From Eledone cirrhosa (taxonomy: Eukaryota), in the NCBI GenBank assembly GCA_964016885.1, contig OZ024763.1, forward strand, positions 27,032,001 to 27,096,000: a stretch of 64,000 nucleotides of DNA, written 5' to 3'. A program made the position numbers and the translations under genes. The notes under the pieces were generated by a model. That model worked only from the letters and a program-made list of their open reading frames with translations. It had not been told where the DNA came from and searched no databases. Position 1 is the first letter of the stretch. Every line of letters begins with the position of its first letter. Shown one piece after another: positions 53,761 to 64,000 of the stretch.

Positions 53761-54240
53761 TTCATTTTCTTCCCCAATTCTGTATTTTGAAGTCTTTTCA
53801 TTATTTTAAATATTTCTATCATGTCACTCGTTTGATTAATCTCCTCCAAAGTTGTAATTCTAAGTGTTTGTCCTTGGTATAGTGAACTAATGTTGATATT
53901 TTCAAGTCTTGACATTTATATGGAATAGTGTACTAATATTTAAATAGTCTTTATATTTTTATCCTGCTCCCCTAAGATTTATCTCCTCTAAATTTACAAA
54001 AGTTCACATTTATTTCACAAGATAGATCCTTAAATAATTATAGTGTTTTCTGTTTTCTTCTTCTCTTGGTTGCTTCAAGAGCCTCACCGTTTTTACGGAT
54101 GTCGGTTGACAATTTTCTCAGTGGTATCATACATATTCATCTAGAGTTTTAGATTTTTCAGCAATTAGCTAGGGAACAGAATGTTTTATTATTTCTATTA
54201 TCCGTCTGCCTGTTTTGCTTCAACATGGTTAGCCATCTTT
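53760..54240 (-). mobile_element. CR1/L2-type LINE relic
   Basis: Paralog of 18445-18915. Confidence 0.75.
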
Positions 54241-54819
54241 CAATTCATATTCATACATATTCACAATTCTTCTGTGAGGGGTATAAGAAGCTCGTTTTTT
54301 GCTCCACATTCGATACCAAATCATGCTTCCTTTTTATAACTTCGTTGTACAAATATAATAATTAAAGTATATATATATATATAAGCAATGTATATATATA
54401 TAGCTTCTTAACTCTTTCCCGAAACATTTATTTCTTCAAAATAAGGTAAGACATATCCCGAAAAATATTGTAAGGTGTCTCAACAATTATTCCATTTCAA
54501 TCAATTTCTCATTTCAGTTTTCTTTACGAATATCTTGGCGTTGAAGATTTGTCCTCATAGTAATTAGCTTGTCTCAAAATTGTTCGCAGTGTTTCCATGT
54601 TTAGTGTCACAAACTATCGTTAATTCATGATTTTGCTCTAATGTAATAAATGTTACTTTTAAAAGAGTGAAGCTCTCAATTTTTTCCACATTCGATACCA
54701 AATCATGCTTCCTTTTTATAATTCGTTGTACAAATATAATAATTAAAGTATATATATATATAGCTTCTTATTAACTCTTTCCCGAAACATTTATTTCTTC
54801 AAAATAAGGTAAGATATAT

Positions 54820-55592
54820 CCCGAAAAATATTGTAAGGTGTCTCAATAATTATTCCATTTCAATCAATTTCTCATTTCAGTTTTCTTTAGAAATATCTTG
54901 GCGTTGAAGATTTGTCCTCATAGTAATTAGCTTGTGTCTCAAAATTGTTCGCGGTGTTTCCATGTTTAGTGTCACAAACTATCGTTAATTCATGATTTTG
55001 CTCTAATGTAATAAATGTTACTTTTAAAAGAGTGAAGCTCTCAATTTTTTCTTTCTCTTCTATATTGATATCTAATGAATGACAAATGTATGTGTTATGT
55101 GATAGGAGAAAAAACACACAGCCTTCTTCCCTCGCTATAGAAGGCTAACTGACAATGTCGTTCGTAGGAATAACAAGTCACCTCTTACTACCTTTTATAT
55201 ACCATGTTAACTGGAACGACTTTCCAAGTATGGATACATTCTCTCCTTATCAATATTGTCCGAGTCCGAGGACATTTTCTCCCTGGTTAAGGAGTGAGAT
55301 AAAATATTAGGGATCAATCTCTAGCAATAATTTAATTAAATTATATTTAACCAAAGCTGTTATGTCGTGGTTGTTGTTATATTTTATAGTCGTTGTTTCA
55401 ATGTTTATGAGGGGTTGTAGAATTAGTTTTATCTAATTATTATCAAACAAAAATGATGTATATACTGTCGTTGTACGTTGAAATCACATATATACATTTA
55501 TATACACACCAAGGATGGAGGGAAGACGGAATTGAAAACCATTATTGCTGAGCACAACATTGCAGGATCAAATATAACACACACACACACAC

Positions 55593-55685
<93 letters not shown>

Positions 55686-55900
55686 CAGGTATGACCATTG
55701 ATGAATGTCCCTGCAGATCATCAGGTTGTAGGATGAAATCAACCCTAGAGAAATGATAAGGTATATTTTATGGAAGCTTGAGAAGAATGAAAGTGAACCA
55801 TTTTGAATTAATATCATTGGGAAAGCCATGAAGGCCACTACATCAATTTTTCTTTTAAATAGAAAGTAGGTTTATAAATTTTAATTTTGATAGTATTTTT
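54820..55900 (-). pseudogene. Decayed TLR-like remnant, subtype 'a', with ~380-bp local tandem duplication (54304-54685)
   Basis: Paralog of 270-1250. Confidence 0.5.
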
Positions 55901-56900
55901 GTAGTTGTCTTGGTAGCCTATTGGTAGGGACAGTGGTGATGCTGGTCTGGGGTTCAATCTCAGTCAGGAATCTCTCGAGATATTTAATTTTTTTTAATTT
56001 TTCATAAAATGAACGAAAAATAGAGGTTGCAGGTATCTGACTGAGATCGAACACCACACCAGCATCTCCATCACCTCTGTTACTTACCACTAGTCTACGG
56101 ACGCGGTTATAAAGACTTGCTGAAAATTAATATTTATAAACCTACTTTTTCAATTTTTTATAAAAACAAAATCTCTGTACAAGGTTTTCATGTACACCTG
56201 ACAGAGATCGAACCCCTAATCAATATCACCACTGTCTCTAATGTCTACCACTAGACCACCGAGACGGTTATGAAATCGTAGTGAAAATTAATATTTATAA
56301 ACTTACTTTTTAATGGTTTTTATTTTAGAAGAGGTAAACTAAAACTTAATAATACCCATAGTGTAGAACCAGATAGAGATTGAACCCTAGACCAGGATTT
56401 CACCGTTTCTAATACATAGCACTGGGCCAGAGAGAATGTACGAATTGGTAGTGAAAATTAATATTTATAAAACTACATTTTGTTGGGAAGTAAATCAAAT
56501 AAACTATTGTTTCAGACGATCCCGTAACAAGTTGAAAGCAGCGATTCTTTTCTTAAACTTTAATTTGTACTCATAATAAATAAATAAACATATGTATTTA
56601 TGTGTGTATACATGTATATGCGTTGCTTTGATGCTATTTCTAGCATATTTATTGTTGTTTTTTATGAAAAATACAGAAACCGGAAGTGAAAAGATTGAAA
56701 AATCTTTGGTCAAAATTCAGGCGAACTATTTTAAACAAAAGGATTTTTTTTGTAAACAAACTTGAAATTTTTGCCAAGAAACATAACTCTTGCCTGACTT
56801 AAACGCAAAAATTGATGCAAAAACTTTGCGTGTGTGCAAATTATAGGGAGTGTACGAATTCGTTCTGAAAATTAATATTTATAAAACTACATTTTGTTCG
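55860..56900. repeat. Palindrome centre with convergent and tandem tRNA-like cassettes
   Basis: Paralog of 1211-2250. Confidence 0.7.
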
Positions 56901-57810
56901 GTTGAAAACTCGATGTAGTGGCATTCATGGCTTTTTCGGGACGTCCTTGAATTCATAAAGTAAATCTAGACTTTATTTCTCATTGCTCTAGGCTTGATTT
57001 GAACCTACAACAACTCCGTCTGCAATAATGTCATACCTCATTCCAGCTTAGTACGTCGTACCCGTAAATTGTTAAACGTGGTTCCTATATATACATGCAA
57101 GTAAGATTTGAACCTACAATGCTGTGCTTAATTTCTATTAATAAGTGTGTTTTATAAAAGAAAGTAAAGAAACAATTTAATGAAAGTAAAAAATTTATTT
57201 TATTCAGGAATGTTTTTTTTTAATTTTATGCATTCACTTCATTAACTGCTGAATAGGTCTCTTGTTTTTGTTTGTTCTTACCATTGTTTACTGTAAATGG
57301 TGACTGTGATGAGATTGGATTATTACCAAGTTTTACTGGATGATGGCATTTCCTTATTGCATTATTTTGTTGTCAGTGGACATCTCTCTAAATACCTGGA
57401 ATAAACATATGGTGTGTCTTTTACGTAACATTTCATTTAATATCTGATGTTCCAATGGATTACTTTTAAAATAAAACCAATAAACAGGACAGGTAGACTC
57501 CATCAAAAGAGACCAGAGATGAGGTACGAATAATCTAAAATTAATTTAAAAAAAAGACAATGTTTAAAGAAAGACAAACATTAAAAAAAGTTTTCCAACA
57601 AACACGTAAAGACAAAGACAATCACATCCACAATTTAATATCTGAAGATCAACATTTTTCACGATATAAATAAAACTAAATATGTAAAGTTAAGTGACCT
57701 CTCATTTATTTGCTTTAACTTTATTTTACTAATCTGTATTCTGTAGACATATATTTTCGTTGGTGTACCTTACGATTTCGTTGATGAAAGTTTTCACTCG
57801 TCTTTAGATC
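56865..57810 (+). pseudogene. Decayed TLR-like remnant, subtype A
   Basis: Paralog of 2230-3170. Confidence 0.55.
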
Positions 57811-58207
57811 TTTATTTCTTATAAAAGTTATAATACTCACCTCCTCTCATTAGATCTCTATTTTACTTCTGGAATACTGTATTAACATTTATATTTTCAT
57901 CTCGATATTATTAAGTATTAAGGTTGCCATGTATTACAATACAGTATATAAACAAGGGAATACGAGGAGGGGTAATCATTTAAAAACAGGTAACCCCACA
58001 CTCTGTGTATTTAGATTACACCAGGGTGTCCCATGGGCGATTTCATATATACATACACACATATATATACAAGTTATTGATTACAGAGTCGGGCTAGATC
58101 GATACAGAACGAACCTTAAGCTGATGAATAGTGAAACGCGCGCCACGAACCAATAAACGTAATGAAGGTGTATCCATTCGTCTTTGTTTTATTATATATA
58201 TATTTTA

Positions 58208-58245
<38 letters not shown>

Positions 58246-58369
58246 TAATTAATTAATTTATTTATTTATTTATTTCCACCTGGAGTTTCGACCGATAGAT
58301 ATTATTAGCAATTGGAAAGACCAATGAAAACATTGTTTCGTCGGTCCGATCTGACGAAGGTCGATCGAC

Positions 58370-58407
<38 letters not shown>

Positions 58408-58441
58408 CATACCCATACATTCATATTTACTCAATTCTATG

Positions 58442-58487
<46 letters not shown>

Positions 58488-58699
58488 CATACCCATACAT
58501 TCATATTTACTCAATTCTATGTAAATATATATACATATTAAAAACACATACCATATACCAGCTTAAAAACGATTGACTAATCATCAGGACACATGCTTGC
58601 TCTTGTTAAAATTTCACAGAGATACTTATGAAAACCGAACTTGCAACGCCACGTACACTTACATACACACACCTGTACATACACAGACGTATAGAAAAG

Positions 58700-60260
58700 G
58701 TATGACTTATATAGGTACATCAAAGTTAATGTTCCACTATAGCACCATTCGAGGTAGATAAAACGAAGTACCAGTGTAGCACTGTGGTCGATTCTTCTTC
58801 TATATTTCTTTCTTACTTCCTTTCTCCTACTTTATCTCCTTCTCTGGTAAATATCTCCTGTGATCAGATCTAGGGAAAAGATGGGATCAGTTAGCTTTTA
58901 CAAAATACCCAAGACACCCCGAATATCAACGTGGGGTCACCAAGACTCCCTCGCAAGCCATACGTCCCTAGATACAAACATAGCAACATCAGACAGATCC
59001 TTTATGTAGATCACTTTTACTCGATGATGGAAGACAAGTTTTCAGTGAGTCAGAAAGGAATATTTGCGATATGAAGGGGGGAGAACCTCTCTGAATAAAT
59101 ATTAGATAGTTAAGATGCTACGTAAAGCAGGCGGTGACAACATCGAGGACCAGAGATGCCATGTGGAAATAGACATCGACATATAAATATACAAAGCTAG
59201 GGGGACCTTATCATCGTAGACACTTGGGCTTATGAATACACACACACACACACATAAATATATATTTATATACATACATACATAAATACATACATACATA
59301 CATACATATATATACGTGTGTGTGTGTGCGTGTGTGTGTGGCTCCTGCAGGACTAGAACGGTTTCATTCAGAAGAAATCAAGGTCTTTCCTGATGATTTT
59401 TTCCGAATGAAACAGTTCTAGTCCTGTAGAAGCCATTTCTATATTAAATATTATTTATGAAGTATTTATACCCTGCTATGTAATGAGTACCTTACTTACT
59501 GTGGTTACCGCCGATTGAACCCGGGATAAACATATATATATACGGGTGCACAGGTGTACGGTGTCCCCAAGTTAACACTAAGGATTACGCTCGATGTCCC
59601 GTCACACATCACTACATCTTCGAGTAAATGTTGATTAGTAAATAAACCGTGTATCTCACATGTAAGAGGAAAACTATAGCAAGTTTTGAGGATAAGAGAC
59701 GTGTGAAAATAATAATAATAATAGTGTTACAATTATTAATAGTAGTAGTTGTAATAATAAAGTGAGAGGGACAAACATTATTATAAATAGTTATGTACAC
59801 ACAAGCTTACACAGGTACACATTCGTACCTACATAAACGTTTATAAATAAAAGACGAAGCTGATAAAAAGAACATATATTACCATATCGCGTTTGGAAGG
59901 ATACACTTGACGTTGAGTTCTTGAATCTGATCCCATCATCGGTTGCTGATACCATTATTGCACACACAACACAAATTTAAAGAGCCGCCTGTTTAGAAAC
60001 AATATTTTCAGGCCGCCATCTACTCACTAAGGTATGACAGTTGAAGGACATCACTGGATATCAGCTGGTCGTTGGATGAAATAAACCTAGTGATAAGAAT
60101 AAATGTCATGATATATTTTCTGAAAAACTTTAGGAAAGTAAAAACCATGTCAACTCGTTTGTGGGATTAATAAGACTGAGAAAGCCACGAACACCACCAC
60201 GTCAATTAAGCTTCTAAAATAGAAAGTAGGTTTATATACATTAATTTTCAGTATATTTTT
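58700..60260 (-). pseudogene. Decayed TLR-like remnant, subtype D
   Basis: YLEW at 58745-58756, paralog of 22910-24470. Confidence 0.65.
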
Positions 60261-60374
60261 TTAGCCGTCTCGTTTGCCTATATGTAGGTGATTATATAGA
60301 TCCTGGCCAAGATCGAAACCCAGACCAGGATCTCCACCGTCTCTCATACCTCCCACTAGGCTACAAAGACAGCT

Positions 60375-61115
60375 TCAAAATAATATTAATATTTATAAAC
60401 ATACTTTTGATTTTGGAAGATTAATTGAAGTGGTGGCGTTCATGCCTTTCTTAGTGTTGCTGTTATTAGAAAGGGTCGACTTTGTCTTTCATAATTCAGG
60501 GTCTTTCATGAAGTAAATATTCATTTTATTTCTTAACGCCCTAGTATTGATTTGAACCTACAATTACTTCGTCTGCAATAATGTTCACTAATTTCAAATC
60601 TGCCATACCTAAATCCCGTGTGCGACTTACAAATAAATTGTTAAATGTCACTTTTATATATTTACCAATGCGAGATTGGAACCTACAGTGATGTGCTTTG
60701 CAGTAATGTCCCGTAACTCCAACTAGATTGCGCTAAGCTTATATATTTCTTTCGTCCGAACAAAATAATGGTTTCGATCCCAGTTCGCTACTGGTACAAG
60801 AAATAATTTAAAGAAATTCTATATCCCCAGCTAAATATTGAACTCCTAACGACATTTTATGTTACTTAATACCAATAACCCCATTACACACTGAACATCT
60901 AAGCCCTGAACACATATTTATAACTCAATTTCCAATTTTTTAAATGATATTACACCACCTTTGTGTTCTAGGTGAAAATCCTGTCGATATTAATTTACAA
61001 TTTTATAACTTTAGAGAAGAAAAATAGAGTACCAGTCATTTTATGGGTTCAAATTAATCGATCGGCTTCACCCCGTCAATCACTTAACATTTGCCAAACA
61101 AAAACACACAAACAG

Positions 61116-61146
<31 letters not shown>

Positions 61147-61420
61147 CGACAAATTTAAAATAAATTACGTGTTTAATAAAGAAAAAAATTATTGAAAGTA
61201 AGAAATTATTATTTAGTAATAATATTTTTATTGTTTGTTTTTACTGCATTAACTGCTGAGTGTGACTTTTAATTTTCTTACTATTTTCTACTGGAAATGG
61301 CGGCTGAGACGTTATTGGATTATTACTAAGGTTTACTGGATGATGTCGTTTCCTTATTGCATTATTTTACAAACAGTGGACATCGGAACATCCCTCTATA
61401 AACCTGGGATAAATGTAAGG
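60375..61420 (+). pseudogene. Decayed TLR-like remnant, subtype B
   Basis: LVIIFLLFVFTALTAECD, then FYWKWRLRRYWIITKVYWMMSFPYCIILQTVDIGTSLYKPGINVR. Confidence 0.6.
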
Positions 61421-61960
61421 AACATTGTTATGTTATACATAGTACAATGGTCATCTCTTCTATTTACATTTTCTTCCCCAATTCTGTATTTTGAAGTCTT
61501 TTCATTATTTTAAATATTTCTATCATGTCACTCGTTTGATTAATCTCCTCCAAAGTTGTAATTCTATGTGTTTGTCCTTGGTATAGTGAACTAATGTTGA
61601 TATTTTCAAGTCTTTGTATTTATATGGAATAGTGTACTAATATTTAAATAGTCTTTATATTTTTGTCTTGTCTCCCCTAAGATTTATCTCCTCTAAATTT
61701 ACAAAAGTTTCTCATCTTTCTTCACAAGACAGATCCCTAAATAATTCTAGTGTCTTCTGTTTTCTTCTTCTCTGGGTTGCTTCAAGAGCCTCACCGTTTT
61801 TTCGGATGTCGGTTGACCATGGCCCAAAACAATATTCTCAGTGGTATCACACATATTCATCTAGAGTTTTAGATTTTTCAGCATTTATCTACGAAAAAGA
61901 ATGTTTTATTATTTCTATTATCCGCCTCGCTGTTTTGCTTCAACATGGTTAGTCATCTTT
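61420..61960 (-). mobile_element. CR1/L2-type LINE relic
   Basis: Paralog of 18445-18915, including ...EYCFGPWSTDIRK...LEATQRR. Confidence 0.75.
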
Positions 61961-62169
61961 CAATTCATATTCACAATTCTTCTGTGAGGGGTATAAGAAG
62001 CTCGTTTTTGCTCAACATTCGATACCAAAACAGGTTTCCTTTTTATACCTTCGTTGTACAAATATAATAATTAAAGTAGATATATATACAAGCCATGTAT
62101 ATATATATATATATAGCTGCTTATTAACTCTTTCCCGAAACATTTCTTCAAAATAAGGTAAGACATATC

Positions 62170-63220
62170 CCGAAAAATATTATAAGGTGTATCAATAATT
62201 ATTCCATTTCAAACAATTTCTCATTTCAGTTTTCTTTAGAAATGTCTTGGCGTGGAAGATAGATACATTTGTCCTTCTCATAGTAATTAGCTTGTCTCAA
62301 AATTGTTCGTATTGTTTCCATGTTTAGTGTCACAAACTATCGTTAATTCAAGATTCTGCTCTAATGTAATAAATGTTACTTTTAAAAGACTGAAGCTCTC
62401 AATTTTTTCTTTCTCTTGTATATTGATATCTAAAGAATAACAAATGTATGTGTTTTGTGATAGGAGAAAAAAACCCACGGCCTTGTTTCCCCGCTATAGA
62501 AGGCTAACTGACAATGTCGTTCGTAGGCGTGACAAGTACACAACAACAGTGATGGTCACCTCTACTGCCTTTTATATACCATGTTAACTGGAAAGACTTG
62601 CCAAGTATGCATACACTCTCTCCTTATCAATATTGTCCGAGTCCGAGAACATTTTCTCCCTGGTTAAGGAGTGAGATAAAATATTAGGGATCAATCTCTA
62701 GCAATAATTTAATTAAATTATATTTAACCAAAACTGTTATGTCGTCGTTGTTGTTATATTTTATAGTCGTGGTTTCAATGTTTATGAGGGGTTGTAGAAT
62801 TAGTTTTATCTAATTATTATCAAACAAAAATGATGTATATATTGTCGTTGTACGTTGAAATCACATATATAGATTTATATACACACCAAGGATGGAGGGA
62901 AGACGGAATTGAAAACCATTATTGCTGAGCACAACATTGTAGGATCAAATATAACACACACACAGACACACACACACATATATATATAATCAGGTATGAC
63001 CATTGACGAATGTCCCTGCAGACCATCAGGTTGTAGGATGAAATCAACCCTAGAGAAATGATAAATTATATGAAGGTATATTTTATGGAAGCTCGAGAAG
63101 AATAAAAATGAAAGTGAACCATTTTGAATTAATATCATTGGGAAAGCCATGAAGGCCACTACATCAATTTTTCTTTTAATAGAAAGTAGGTTTATAAATT
63201 TTAATTTTGAGAGTATTTTT
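62170..63220 (-). pseudogene. Decayed TLR-like remnant, subtype 'a'
   Basis: One frame reads ...WYIKG...RPWVFFSYHKTHTFVIL*ISIYKRKKKLRASVF, resembling TIR box1 and the start of box2. Confidence 0.55.
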
Positions 63221-64000
63221 GTAGTTGTCTTGGTAGCCTATTGGTAGGTGTTGGGACAGTGGTGATGCTAGTCTGGGGTTCAATCTCAGTCAGGAATCTC
63301 TCGAGAAATTTAATTTTTTTAAATTTTTCATAAAATAAACAAAAAATAGCAGCTGTAGAAATCTGACTGAGATCGAACCCAAGACCAGTATCATCGCCAC
63401 CTCTAATACTTACCACTAGTCTACGGAGGCGGTTATAAAAACTTACTGAAAATAAATATTTATAAACCTACTTTTTCAATTTTTTATAAAAACAAAATTT
63501 CTTTACAAGGTTTTCATGTACACCTGACAGAGATCGAACCCCTAATCAATATTACCACTGTCTCTAATGTCTACCACTAGACCACTGAGACGGTTATGAA
63601 ATCGTAGTGAAAATTAATATTTATAAACTTACTTTTTAATGGTTTTTTATTTTAGAAGAGGTAAACTAAAACTTAATAATACCCATAATGTAGAACCAGA
63701 TAGAGATTGAACCCTAGACCAGGATTTCACCGTTTCTAATACATACCACTGGGCCAGAGAGAAGGTATTAATTCGTTCTGAAAATTAATATTTATAAAAT
63801 TACATTTTTTTCGGTTGAAAATTCGATGTAGTGGCGTTCATGGCTTTTTCGGGACGTCCTTGAATTCATAAATTAAATCTAGACTGTATTTCTCATTGCT
63901 CTAGGCTTGATTTTAACCTACAACTCCGTCTGCAATAATGTCATACCTCATTTCAGCTTAGTACGTCGTACCCGTAAATTGTTAAACGTGGTTCCTATAT
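63180..64000. repeat. Palindrome centre with tRNA-like cassettes and start of the next subtype A arm (runs off window)
   Basis: Paralog of 1211-2440, lacking the 1850-2200 insert. Confidence 0.7.

Noticed and set aside
61296-61345. miRNA hairpin in the conserved block
   Set aside because: Only about 9 bp of wobble-rich pairing, not conserved among paralogs.

Overview
AT-rich, microsatellite- and SINE-dense animal DNA. The repeat landscape resembles coleoid cephalopod (Octopus-like) genomes, which is my inference. I find no intact protein-coding gene, and the long ORFs in the track are artefacts of a GA-rich satellite. The main hidden structure is an array of about 24 heavily decayed Toll-like-receptor-like remnants (partial LRR, TM, juxtamembrane W-x-L, TIR motifs such as LTCLRDRD, VFFSYH and YLEW), recognised by eye. 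They fall into several diverged subtypes and sit head-to-head in palindromic pairs whose centres carry convergent tRNA-like (A/B-box) cassettes. Most tail-to-tail gaps hold a CR1/L2-type LINE relic. The array grew by nested duplication (offsets about 3.6, 7.4, 18.9 and 35.5 kb). Inserted twice is a ~10 kb block with a spliced gene fragment (possibly C2CD2/TMEM24-like), a polypurine satellite, an ISRE-like minisatellite, an RTE fragment, MITEs and SINEs. Remnant boundaries are approximate.
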